Positions 29,793 through 42,460 of a stretch of DNA of 64,000 nt are shown here, piece after piece. The stretch's first letter is position 1. Every line of letters starts with the position of its first letter. This stretch comes from an uncultured Bacilli bacterium. Lineage in GTDB: Bacteria; Bacillota_I; Bacilli_A; RF39; UBA660. A program made the position numbers and the translations under genes. The stretch lies in contig CAKOOK010000002.1 in assembly GCA_934098515.1 (NCBI GenBank), positions 18,371 through 82,370 on the forward strand, written 5' to 3'. The notes below the pieces were generated by a model that did not search any database, had not been told where the DNA came from, and worked only from the letters and a program-made list of their open reading frames with translations.

Positions 29793-30509
29793 TTACTTTA
29801 TTTTTCTAATTTTTGCAATAGGAGATTTACGTATTTTATCATAAACTCTAGGATAACCATTCGGTGTATCACTAACCTTTTCAACTTTAACTAGTGTTCT
29901 TTCACCAGCATCATTAAGTAAAGAAAATTCCTCTTTCTCACTAATTTTTCCGCCTAAGAACTCGATAGCATAATTAGCACTATCAATTTCCTCTGTATTT
30001 TTACCCTTCATAGCAATAAAATAACCACCAACTTTACAAAAAGGAATTGCAAGTTCACTAAGAATACTCATATCAGCAACTGCCCTCGAAACAACAACAT
30101 CAAATCTTTCACCAGATAAATAATACTTTTCTGCTCTATCATTAATAACCGTAGCATCTATTCCTAACTTACCTAAAACATACTTTAAAAAAGTAGTTTT
30201 TTTATTATTACTATCTAAAAGCGTCAACTTAATATCAGGAAACATAATTTTCAAAACAATTCCCGGAAATCCAGCACCAGTACCAATATCAAGTACACTT
30301 TCATTACTAAAACTATAAACCTTATAAATAGTCAAACTATCATAAAAATGCTTTAAATAAACTTCATCAATATTACGAATAGCCGTCAAATTAGTATGTT
30401 CATTATAAGAAAGAAGTTCACTAGCATACACCCTAAATTTATTTATCTGCTCATCACTAATACTTAAACCTAAATTTTCTAAAGAACTTATAAACTCACT
30501 TTCACTCAT
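29793..30509 (-). CDS. rsmG: 16S rRNA (guanine527-N7)-methyltransferase RsmG (GidB)
   Basis: 238 aa. SAM motif DIGTGAGFPG. Conserved position after mnmG. Confidence 0.85.
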   Translation of the reverse strand: MSESEFISSLENLGLSISDEQINKFRVYASELLSYNEHTNLTAIRNIDEVYLKHFYDSLTIYKVYSFSNESVLDIGTGAGFPGIVLKIMFPDIKLTLLDSNNKKTTFLKYVLGKLGIDATVINDRAEKYYLSGERFDVVVSRAVADMSILSELAIPFCKVGGYFIAMKGKNTEEIDSANYAIEFLGGKISEKEEFSLLNDAGERTLVKVEKVSDTPNGYPRVYDKIRKSPIAKIRKIK

Positions 30510-32386
30510 TTGTTATACTCCTTCTTCAAATAAACAGCAAGTACTGAAATATCTACCGGATTAACTCCACTAATTCTAGACGCCTGTGCTAAAGTAAGCG
30601 GTCTAACTAATTTAAGTTTTTGTCTAGCCTCGCTTGCTAAATTCTTAATCTTATCATAATCAATATCAGCAGGAATCTCTTTTTCCTCAAGTTTTAATAA
30701 CTTATTAGCTTCCTGATATTCTTTATTAATATAACCTTCATACTTAACAAAAAACTCAGCCTGCTCCAGTACATCCTTATCATATTCTTTAATTAAATTG
30801 CCTCTTAAATAATCTATAATTTTAACCTCTGGTCTCTTTAATAAATCATAAAGACTATAACCTGTTGATAAATTATCCTTTAAATAACTTAAAGCCTCCG
30901 GAAGTGTATTTTTACTAACCCTAGCATTTTTAAGTTCATCAAGAAGTGTATTAATCGCCTTTTCCTTAATAAGAAGTTTACTATATCTTTCTTCATCAAT
31001 TAATCCAGCCTCATATCCATACTTTCTAAGTCTCAAATCGGCATTATCATGACGAAGTATTAACCTGAATTCAGCCCTAGAAGTTAGTAATCTATAAGGT
31101 TCTTTAGTACCCTTAGTAACTAAATCATCAACTAAAACTCCAATATAAGATTCATTTCTTTTAAGTATTAATGGTTTCTCACCTTTTAACATCAATCCCG
31201 CATTAATTCCAGCAATAATACCTTGACCAGCAGCCTCTTCATAACCACTAGTACCATTTATCTGCCCAGCAGTAAATAAATTCTTTAATACCTTAGTTTC
31301 CAAAGAAGGATTTAATTGTAACGGATTAATCGCATCATACTCAATAGCATAAGCATACTTCTTAATAACCGCATGCTCCAACCCTACCAAACTATGTACC
31401 ATCTCTTCTTGAACATCAACTGGCATACTCGTTGAAAATCCCTGTAAATACAAATCATCATAATATAAACTTTCTGGCTCTAAAAATAACTGATGACGCT
31501 CTCTATCTGCAAATCTAACAACCTTATCCTCAATTGAAGGACAATATCTTGGACCAATACCTTCTGCATAACCACCATACATAGCAGATCTAGACAAATT
31601 ATCTCTTATAATCTTATGTGTATCTTGATTAGTATAAACTATATAACACTTTTCCTGCTTATCTTTATCATAAAATGGTCCATTATCAAAACTAAAAGTC
31701 CAATAACAATCATCACCACACTCTTCACTAAGCTTAGAAAAATCAACACTACTTCTCTCAATTCTTTGAGGTGTACCAGTCTTTAATCTTTGAATTTCAA
31801 ATCCATAATCAGCGAGCTTTCTACTTAAATTATTACTTCTTCTCTCTCCATGAGGTCCTTCATATTTAAAAGTATCACCAACTAATATCTTACTATTTAA
31901 ATAAGTACCAGTAGTTAAAATAACCGCTTTAGAATTTATTGTATTTCCATTTTCTAATATTACACCGGTTACAGTATTATCATTAACAATTAAATCTTCA
32001 ACCATAGCTTCCATAATTGTTAAATTAGGAGTATTTTCCAACTTTTCAAGCATAACTCTAGGATAAGTAATCTTATCAGCTTGCGCTCTTAAAGATCTAA
32101 CAGCCGGACCCTTAGCATTATTAAGCATCTTAATTTGAATATGGGTTTCATCTGCAACCTTACCCATTAAACCACCTAAAGCATCTATCTCTCTAACAAC
32201 AATACCCTTAGCAGTTCCACCAATAGATGGATTACATGGCATATCCGCAATATTCTTCTTATTAGCAGAAATTAAAAGCGTTTTTAACCCCATAACCGCA
32301 GTAGCATGCGCAGCTTCACATCCAGCATGACCACCACCAACAACTATAACATTATAATTCATAAATTCACCTACTTTCCTAAACAA
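30506..32386 (-). CDS. mnmG: tRNA uridine 5-carboxymethylaminomethyl modification enzyme MnmG (GidA)
   Basis: 626 aa. FAD-binding VIVVGGGHAGCEAA. Confidence 0.9.
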   Translation of the reverse strand: MFRKVGEFMNYNVIVVGGGHAGCEAAHATAVMGLKTLLISANKKNIADMPCNPSIGGTAKGIVVREIDALGGLMGKVADETHIQIKMLNNAKGPAVRSLRAQADKITYPRVMLEKLENTPNLTIMEAMVEDLIVNDNTVTGVILENGNTINSKAVILTTGTYLNSKILVGDTFKYEGPHGERRSNNLSRKLADYGFEIQRLKTGTPQRIERSSVDFSKLSEECGDDCYWTFSFDNGPFYDKDKQEKCYIVYTNQDTHKIIRDNLSRSAMYGGYAEGIGPRYCPSIEDKVVRFADRERHQLFLEPESLYYDDLYLQGFSTSMPVDVQEEMVHSLVGLEHAVIKKYAYAIEYDAINPLQLNPSLETKVLKNLFTAGQINGTSGYEEAAGQGIIAGINAGLMLKGEKPLILKRNESYIGVLVDDLVTKGTKEPYRLLTSRAEFRLILRHDNADLRLRKYGYEAGLIDEERYSKLLIKEKAINTLLDELKNARVSKNTLPEALSYLKDNLSTGYSLYDLLKRPEVKIIDYLRGNLIKEYDKDVLEQAEFFVKYEGYINKEYQEANKLLKLEEKEIPADIDYDKIKNLASEARQKLKLVRPLTLAQASRISGVNPVDISVLAVYLKKEYNK

Positions 32387-33726
32387 AACCTAGAAAATAA
32401 CTCATCTAATAAATCATCATCATAAGTTTTACCAATAACTTTACCTAATAAATCATAAGCATCTTTAATATCAATCGTATACATATCAATTGGTACTCCA
32501 GTATAAGTATTATTTACTGCTCCATTTATACTAGCAAGAGCTAGCTTAACCAAAGAAATCTGTCTTGCATTAGATAAAAATGAATAATCACTAGTCTCTA
32601 ACTCGTTAATCTTAAATAACTCTATAATTTTATTTTTCAAAGATTCTAATCCGGAAGACTCAATAGTATTTCCATAAACTAAAATATCTTTATCAATACC
32701 ATCATAATTATTACTACTATCTAAATCATTCTTATTGACAAAAACTAACTTTTTATCTTTTAAAGATTTTATAAATTCTAAAGTTTCATTATCTAACTTT
32801 TCACTATTATCTAAAACATAAATTCTCAAATCAGCATTTTCTGCACTTTCTAAACTCTTTTGTACACCTATCTTTTCAACCACATCATCGGTTTCTCTAA
32901 TACCAGCAGTATCAATAAAATTTAACACAATACCATCTAAAATAACTTTGCCTTCAATAACATCTCTAGTAGTTCCTGGAATATTTGTTACAATTGCTTT
33001 ATTTTCTTCTAGTAAACCATTTAAAATACTACTCTTTCCAGCATTAGGTTTACCTATTAAAGCAATATTAATTCCATTTTTAATCATCTTACCATTACTA
33101 GAATTACGTACTAACTCATCTAATTCTGCACTTATTTTTTCAAGTTTTGGTCTTATAGTAGACTCGGTATACTCCTCAGCCTCCTCATACTCTGGAAAAT
33201 CTATATTAACTTCAATCTCTGCTTGCAAAGAAAGTAATTCCTTTCTAATACCATCAATTTTAGGAGTTAACTTACCACTAATTTGATTAATTGCAAGCTT
33301 TCTAGCTTTCTCACTTTCTGCTTCAATAATGTCTTCAACCCCTTCAGCCTGAGTTAAATCTATTCTGCCATTTAAAAAAGCTCTCTTAGTAAACTCACCA
33401 GGCTCTGCTAATCTGCACCCATTATTTAAAAGAAGCTCAAGCACTCTATCAGTAGTTGTAATTCCTCCATGAACATTAATCTCTACAACATCTTCACACG
33501 TAAAAGTTTTAGGAGCTCTCATTACAGATACTAACACCTCATCTATAACTTCATCACCAGACACAATATGACCATAAGAAATAGTATGAGAATTCACTTT
33601 CTCCAAATCCTTACCCTTAAATATTGAATTAACTATTTTAATTGCATCTACTCCACTACATCTTACAATAGAAATAGCCCCAGTTCCAACAGCAGTAGAC
33701 ACTGCACAAATTGTAGAATTATCCAT
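32371..33726 (-). CDS. mnmE: tRNA modification GTPase MnmE (TrmE)
   Basis: 451 aa. G-domain GKPNAGKSS, DTAG. C-terminal CLGK. Confidence 0.9.
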   Translation of the reverse strand: MDNSTICAVSTAVGTGAISIVRCSGVDAIKIVNSIFKGKDLEKVNSHTISYGHIVSGDEVIDEVLVSVMRAPKTFTCEDVVEINVHGGITTTDRVLELLLNNGCRLAEPGEFTKRAFLNGRIDLTQAEGVEDIIEAESEKARKLAINQISGKLTPKIDGIRKELLSLQAEIEVNIDFPEYEEAEEYTESTIRPKLEKISAELDELVRNSSNGKMIKNGINIALIGKPNAGKSSILNGLLEENKAIVTNIPGTTRDVIEGKVILDGIVLNFIDTAGIRETDDVVEKIGVQKSLESAENADLRIYVLDNSEKLDNETLEFIKSLKDKKLVFVNKNDLDSSNNYDGIDKDILVYGNTIESSGLESLKNKIIELFKINELETSDYSFLSNARQISLVKLALASINGAVNNTYTGVPIDMYTIDIKDAYDLLGKVIGKTYDDDLLDELFSRFCLGK

Positions 33727-33791
33727 GACAAAAACTCCTCTTCTAGTGCGTATTATAGCACAATTCTCTTAAAAATAAAAAAAGACTATTT

Positions 33792-34403
33792 CTAATCTTT
33801 TTTTGGCTTTACAATAATATGTCTATTAGGTTCTTCACCTTCACTAATTGTCGTTACTCCCTTAAAATCAGTAAGAACATTATGAACAATACGTCTTTCA
33901 TAAGAATTCATATTATCCATAACAACTTCTCTACCAGTATTTCTAACTTCACGTGCAATATTCTTAGCAAGTCTTTCTAAATGACTAACTTGCTTATCCT
34001 TATAATCAGAAGCATCTAAATTTAAATAAGGATATACACCAATTTTTGCAAAAACAGCAGCTTTACAAACAGCAGTTAGTGCAGTAAGTGTCTGTCCATT
34101 CTTTCCAATTAATATAGGATTATTATTTGAATACATCTTAATATTAATTTGTTTATCTCTAATATTAGATTCAAACTTAACCTCAAGACCCATCTCAGTT
34201 AATAAAGTATTTAAATACTCTTTAATAAAATCTAAGATATCTGTATTTAAATAAACATGATATTTAGTAGTTCCAGCCTTAAAAAGTTTACCCTTTACTT
34301 CTTCTTTTTTATAAACAAAATCATTCTCAGTAACATTTAAATCTTCTAAAACTTTCTTTATTACAACCTCTTGGTCTTTTCCCTCATAAACATACTCTTT
34401 CAT
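33792..34403 (-). CDS. jag: Jag/KhpB-like RNA-binding protein (KH + R3H)
   Basis: 203 aa. Conserved position between yidC and mnmE. R3H-like C-terminus. Confidence 0.7.
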   Translation of the reverse strand: MKEYVYEGKDQEVVIKKVLEDLNVTENDFVYKKEEVKGKLFKAGTTKYHVYLNTDILDFIKEYLNTLLTEMGLEVKFESNIRDKQINIKMYSNNNPILIGKNGQTLTALTAVCKAAVFAKIGVYPYLNLDASDYKDKQVSHLERLAKNIAREVRNTGREVVMDNMNSYERRIVHNVLTDFKGVTTISEGEEPNRHIIVKPKKD

Positions 34404-34404
34404 A

Positions 34405-35364
34405 TTAACTTCTCCTTTTACTTACAATATAATTTTGAATTACACTAAATCCATTAGTAACAATCCAATATAGTGCAATTGCTGTTGGTAAACTAAATGA
34501 AGCAATTGAGATAAACACTATCATAAATCCAGTCATAAACTTCATCTGTTGTTGTTGCTCAGTGCTACCTGCACTCTTCATATTAAATGATAAAGACAAA
34601 TAAGTAGTTAATATAATAAGCAAAATCAAAATAATATAATAATAATTACCACTCTTTAAAGCAACTAAAGGTGTTGTACCTAATTGGAATGCTCCAAGAT
34701 ACTCTTCAAATATTGCAGGAATTCTGTTAATTGCTTCTAAAAACGCAAAGAATATAGGAAGCTGAATAAAACTCATTAAACAACTACCAACCGGACTAAT
34801 ATTATACTTCTTATAAATAGCAAGCATCTCCTGACTCTTCTGCATCATTGCATCATTATCAGTTCTATTTTTATACTTTTCTTCAAGTCTATTTAGATCT
34901 TTTTGAGCCTTTTGCATATTTTGACTTTGCTTAGTAGCTTTAATTGAAAATGGCATCAAAATTAATCTAATAAGTAATCCAACAATCATTACAGATACAC
35001 CATAACTTTTAACAAGTGTACCTAATTTAACAATTATCCAAGCAAGAGGCATAACAAAGAATTGAACCCATAATCCATTATAATTTTTACTATCATAAAT
35101 CTTAATATCTTCACACTTAGGTAAATTATCCAAATTAACATCTAAATTGTCTTTATATTTTTCATAAATACTAGCTAAATCATCATCACTAGGCTTACAT
35201 AAAATATTTGATGGTAAACTCTGTCCAGTGACTTCATACACAACACGTTTTTTGTTATCATCTGCAATATATTTAGTACAACCACCAAGTAACATAATCA
35301 TTGCACATAACAATATCATCTTCTTTTTCATTATTTCACCTTTTTTATTAAATTTAAGAAACAA
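34405..35364 (-). CDS. yidC: Membrane protein insertase YidC/SpoIIIJ/OxaA
   Basis: 319 aa, lipoprotein-like N-term, 5 TM. Conserved position after rnpA. Confidence 0.8.
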   Translation of the reverse strand: MFLKFNKKGEIMKKKMILLCAMIMLLGGCTKYIADDNKKRVVYEVTGQSLPSNILCKPSDDDLASIYEKYKDNLDVNLDNLPKCEDIKIYDSKNYNGLWVQFFVMPLAWIIVKLGTLVKSYGVSVMIVGLLIRLILMPFSIKATKQSQNMQKAQKDLNRLEEKYKNRTDNDAMMQKSQEMLAIYKKYNISPVGSCLMSFIQLPIFFAFLEAINRIPAIFEEYLGAFQLGTTPLVALKSGNYYYIILILLIILTTYLSLSFNMKSAGSTEQQQQMKFMTGFMIVFISIASFSLPTAIALYWIVTNGFSVIQNYIVSKRRS

Positions 35365-35657
35365 TCTTCCATTTCTCTATAATCTATTGTATCACAACTT
35401 TTCCTAATTAAAAGCACATAATCATAGTTTTGATTAAATTTATCATAATTGTTCCTTATTATATTACGTAACCTTCTCTTATATAAATTTCTCTTATAAG
35501 CTTTTCCAAACTTATTACCAATAGCAATCCCAATTCTTACATTATCAAGTTTCTTTTCCTTTTTATATAATACAAAAAAATTGTTACTTATTCCTTTAGA
35601 ATTCTTAAAAAAATCATCAAATTCTAACTTACTCTTTATTCTAATTTCTTCTTTCAT
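35331..35657 (-). CDS. rnpA: Ribonuclease P protein component
   Basis: 108 aa, basic. RNR-like motif (KAYKRNLYKRRLR). Downstream of rpmH. Confidence 0.75.
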   Translation of the reverse strand: MKEEIRIKSKLEFDDFFKNSKGISNNFFVLYKKEKKLDNVRIGIAIGNKFGKAYKRNLYKRRLRNIIRNNYDKFNQNYDYVLLIRKSCDTIDYREMEDCFLNLIKKVK

Positions 35658-35694
35658 AACTCACCCATATAGAATAAAAACCACTGTACGTGGC

Positions 35695-35817
35695 TTATTT
35701 ACATAAAACTTTGCGTCCTTTTGCTCTACGTCTATTTAAAATATTACTAGCTTTTCTTGCAAAAAAACCAAACTTTTTCTTCATTTTACGATTATTAGGT
35801 TGAAAAGTTCTCTTCAT
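35695..35817 (-). CDS. rpmH: 50S ribosomal protein L34 (below track size cut-off)
   Basis: Hand translation [40 protein letters not shown]. Confidence 0.8.
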   Translation of the reverse strand: MKRTFQPNNRKMKKKFGFFARKASNILNRRRAKGRKVLCK

Positions 35818-35829
35818 AAAAAATTGCAC

Positions 35830-36203
35830 CTCCACATCAAATTTAGCGTTTTTATTATATTATATTAAAGGCTGCAAGTCAATAAAAAGTTAACCTTCAA
35901 TTTATTAAAAAAATATCAAATAAAAAAATCTAACAAAAAATATAATTTTTAAATTTATAAAAAAGCAAAATTAGTAAATCCTAAATTATCAAAAAGTGGA
36001 AAATGTTTATATCTTTTTTTATTGTTAATTGTAATTTGTGGATATTGTTGAAAACTCACTCTAGACTATATAAATAAAAGGTTTGCATGTTGATAAAATG
36101 TTGAAAAAATTGTCGAATTTAATTTTTTTCATTTTCTCTCTTTATTTTTCCACAGACTTGATTTAAAATAGAACTATCAAAAACGAAGGACCGGGGTGAG
36201 GTA
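35830..36203. promoter_or_regulatory. oriC (rpmH-dnaA part): AT-rich unwinding region with DnaA-box-like 9-mers
   Basis: TGTGGATAT (about 36039), TTTTCCACA (36147-36155), AGTGGAAAA (about 35994). Further box-like TGTGGAGAA in the dnaA-dnaN spacer (about 37606). Confidence 0.6.
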
Positions 36204-37556
36204 ATGAAACATAATGTAAATTGGAATGATATTCTAGAAGTAATACAAAGCAAACTAAATCCATTATCTTATGATACCTGGTTCAAAGAAACTAAACTAA
36301 TTGGCATTAAAAACAATACCATACAAATAGAAGTTCCAATGGAATTTCATAAAAAAATTCTTAATCAAACATATTATGATTTAATCGAAGAAATAGTAAG
36401 TACAGTAACCGGAACATCTTATGACATTGAATTCTTATCATCAGAAGAAATAAAACCTCTTGAAATCCTTGAATTAGATAAAGTAGAAGAGCCAGAAAAT
36501 GAGAATTTAAATTCAAACCTTAAACCAGAATACACATTCGAAAATTTTGTAATAGGGGATAGTAATAGATTTGCTCAACTAGCAGCACTAGCCGTAGCAG
36601 AACAACCAGGAAAAATCTATAACCCATTATTTATATACGGTAAAAGTGGCCTAGGAAAAACCCACTTAATGCATGCAATCGGTAACTATATAGTACAAAA
36701 ATCAAATAAAAAAGTTCTATACGTTACAAGTGAAGAATTCATATCAGACTTCATTGGAATTAATAAAAAAGACGAAAACAACTACGATATAGTAAGTCAA
36801 TTTAAAGAAAAATATCGAAACATAGATATCTTAATGATAGATGACATCCAGTTCCTTGGTGGAGCAGCTAAAACTCAGCAAGAATTCTTCCATACATTTA
36901 CAAATCTCTATGACTCAAATAAACAAATTATTATTAGTTCAGACCGTTCCCCAGACGACTTAAAACTTCTTGAAGAGAGGTTACTAACAAGATTTAGATG
37001 GGGGCTAACAGCTAACATCGAACCACCAGATTTTGAACTTAGATGTAAAATTCTTAAAGATAAAATGACTGGACACGAAGTTGCTAAAATGGTTCCAAAT
37101 GAAGTAATAGAGTACATTGCAACAAACTGTGAAAACGATGTTAGACACTTAGAAGGTGCTATAACAAGACTATATGCTTATGCAGCAATGATGGGCCCTA
37201 AAGAAATTAACCTTGAATTTGCCGTAGATGCCCTTAAAGATTACATTGGTAAATCAATATATATAACCAACGACATTCAAAAAATTCAAAAAGCCGTCGC
37301 TGATTACTATCACATAACAATTGAAGATTTAAAAAGTAAAAAAAGAACATCAAACATCAATTATCCAAGACAAATTGCTATGTATCTGTGCCGAATGACA
37401 ACATCTGAAACAATCATAAAAATAGGACTAGAATTTGGTAATCGTGATCATTCGACAGTTTTACACTCATATGATAAAATAAATAATGAAATTCAAAATG
37501 ATGAAAACAACATAAGACAAGTAATAGAGGATATAAAAAACAAAATTGTTAATTAA
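36204..37556 (+). CDS. dnaA: Chromosomal replication initiator DnaA
   Basis: 450 aa. AAA+ GKSGLGKTHL. C-terminal DNA-binding domain. Confidence 0.95.
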   Translation: MKHNVNWNDILEVIQSKLNPLSYDTWFKETKLIGIKNNTIQIEVPMEFHKKILNQTYYDLIEEIVSTVTGTSYDIEFLSSEEIKPLEILELDKVEEPENENLNSNLKPEYTFENFVIGDSNRFAQLAALAVAEQPGKIYNPLFIYGKSGLGKTHLMHAIGNYIVQKSNKKVLYVTSEEFISDFIGINKKDENNYDIVSQFKEKYRNIDILMIDDIQFLGGAAKTQQEFFHTFTNLYDSNKQIIISSDRSPDDLKLLEERLLTRFRWGLTANIEPPDFELRCKILKDKMTGHEVAKMVPNEVIEYIATNCENDVRHLEGAITRLYAYAAMMGPKEINLEFAVDALKDYIGKSIYITNDIQKIQKAVADYYHITIEDLKSKKRTSNINYPRQIAMYLCRMTTSETIIKIGLEFGNRDHSTVLHSYDKINNEIQNDENNIRQVIEDIKNKIVN

Positions 37557-37669
37557 AAAAGTTTTGCACAAACAATACACATCAAATTTTTCCCATAATT
37601 GTGGAGAAAAAAAGACTTATTAACATTTTCAACAGCAATAATAATAAAAAAAAGAAAGAAGGAATAAAA

Positions 37670-38785
37670 ATGAAATTATTGATTGAAAAAAATATTATTT
37701 TAGAAAGCTTAAGTAACGTAATGAGAGCTATCTCACCAAGAAATATAATTCCAATATTAAACGGAGTATTATTTGAACTAACAGAAGAAGGGCTATACCT
37801 AACTGCAAGTGATAGTGATTTAGTTATTAAAAACTTTATTCCTAAAGAAAACATTAAAAACATCACAGAAACTGGAAAAACAGTAATTCAAAGTAAATAC
37901 TTACTAGACATCATCAGAAAAATGCCTAATACAGATATTAATATTGAAGTACTAGAAGACTTAAAAGTAATAATTAGTACAGAAAACACTATGTATAATT
38001 TAAATTGTTTAAATATAGAAGATTATCCACAAATAAATCTAGAAGAAACCAAAAATCCCATTATTATAGAAAGCGATGTACTAAAAAAGATTATTTCCCA
38101 AACAATATTTGCAATCTCAACACAAGAATCAAGACCATTACTTACAGGTTTAAACTTCAAAATAACTGGTAATGTACTAGAATGTATTGCTACTGATTCT
38201 TATCGTCTAGCTAAAAAAACTATAATTTTAGATAAAGAATATGATTCATGCAACATAGTAATCCCTGGTAAAAACATTAATGAATTTGATAAACTACTTA
38301 CTACAAACGAAAATGTGGAAATACATACATTTAGTAACAAAATTTTATTTAAATATAATGGATATTTATTTCAATCAAGCTTATTAAATGGAACTTATCC
38401 AAATACTTCTAACTTAATACCAAATGAATTTAGCATTATTTTAACAACATCTTTAGATAAATACTTCAGTGCTATAGATAGAGCAGCACTTCTTACTCAA
38501 AGTAAAGAAAAAAACATTGTAAAAATGGAAACAAGAAATAATGAATTAATCGTTTCTTCATACGCCAGTGAAATTGGAAAATCTGAAGAAAGCGTAGAAG
38601 TAGACAAAAACACATCAGAAGACATATCTATCTCATTTAGTTCAAAATACATGTTAGAAGCCCTAAGAACATTTGAAGAGGAAGAATTACTAATATTCCT
38701 AAACTCAGATTCTAAGCCAATAGTACTTAAATCTGTTAAAGATGAATCATTAATTCAATTAATATTACCAATTAAAACGTACTAA
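37670..38785 (+). CDS. dnaN: DNA polymerase III beta sliding clamp (start taken at internal ATG MKLLIEK)
   Basis: Three-domain clamp, about 372 aa from this start. Follows dnaA. Confidence 0.9.
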   Translation: MKLLIEKNIILESLSNVMRAISPRNIIPILNGVLFELTEEGLYLTASDSDLVIKNFIPKENIKNITETGKTVIQSKYLLDIIRKMPNTDINIEVLEDLKVIISTENTMYNLNCLNIEDYPQINLEETKNPIIIESDVLKKIISQTIFAISTQESRPLLTGLNFKITGNVLECIATDSYRLAKKTIILDKEYDSCNIVIPGKNINEFDKLLTTNENVEIHTFSNKILFKYNGYLFQSSLLNGTYPNTSNLIPNEFSIILTTSLDKYFSAIDRAALLTQSKEKNIVKMETRNNELIVSSYASEIGKSEESVEVDKNTSEDISISFSSKYMLEALRTFEEEELLIFLNSDSKPIVLKSVKDESLIQLILPIKTY

Positions 38786-38816
38786 AAGTGGGAAAAATCT
38801 CACTTTTTATTTTTTT
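38786..38816 (+). terminator. Probable intrinsic terminator after dnaN
   Basis: AAGTGGGAaaaaTCTCACTT followed by TTTTATTTTTTT. Confidence 0.45.
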
Positions 38817-38824
38817 GTGCATAA

Positions 38825-38851
38825 TTCGACATTTTTCGACAAATTTCGACA
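38825..38851. promoter_or_regulatory. Three direct TTCGACA repeats (= Spo0A-box TGTCGAA on the opposite strand) at exactly 10-bp phasing
   Basis: TTCGACA at 38825, 38835, 38845. Located 40-70 bp upstream of the comK-like start. Confidence 0.5.
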
Positions 38852-38891
38852 AACCACCTGTGCTATAACTAAAAGCAAGGGGGTGAAGTAC

Positions 38892-39335
38892 ATGAAAGAT
38901 TACAATATTAATAAAAACACACTTGCACTAATGCCATATGGTAAAAACAAATCATTAGTTTTTGAAAAACACAAATATTATATAGTTAACCAAAAAGTAA
39001 ATAAACTAATGGATGAAAGTTGTCGTTATAACGGAAGCACCATTGAAGGAAGAGCTAAAGGAACAGAATCGTTAACAGGAATTTCTTATAAAGCTCCAAT
39101 TATTGTTAAAGAAGAAGAGAATATTATATTTTTTCCAACGTGCTCACCAAGGCTAAAAGAATGTTCTTGGATTAATGCAGGTAATATCAGTAATATCTAT
39201 AAGAAAAAAGACCGATGTTTAGTTGAATTTTATAACAAAGAAACTTTAGAATTTGATATATCTTATAACATTATGAATAATCAATTAAGCAAATCACTAT
39301 TATTAGAAAAAAAGTTTAAAAAAAGAGGCAAATAA
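38892..39335 (+). CDS. ComK-like competence transcription factor homologue
   Basis: Aligns with B. subtilis ComK core (..DESCRYNGSTIEGRAKGTE..KAPIIV....IFFPTCSPRLKECSWIN..). Strong SD AAGGGGGTG. Confidence 0.55.
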   Translation: MKDYNINKNTLALMPYGKNKSLVFEKHKYYIVNQKVNKLMDESCRYNGSTIEGRAKGTESLTGISYKAPIIVKEEENIIFFPTCSPRLKECSWINAGNISNIYKKKDRCLVEFYNKETLEFDISYNIMNNQLSKSLLLEKKFKKRGK

Positions 39336-39443
39336 CGCCTTTTTTTATTTTATAACCCATTAAATTATGATATAATATTAACTGTATATAGGAGTACGCA
39401 TAAACCTATTTTGTTAAAAATTTGTTCTAAAAGAGGGTTAAAA

Positions 39444-42450
<3,007 letters not shown>

Positions 42451-42460
42451 GAGGTATAAA

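Noticed and set aside
36908-37117. Minus-strand ORFs inside dnaA, dnaN, gyrB, gyrA, dnaX, mfd, metG etc. (for example 37582-37866, 41091-41846, 42084-42725, 44116-44553, 45986-46318, 46988-47395, 54029-54262, 55549-55734, 56426-56905, 58370-58630, 60172-60453, 62028-62231)
   Set aside because: Antisense to unequivocal housekeeping genes; Ser/Leu/Phe-rich shadow frames.
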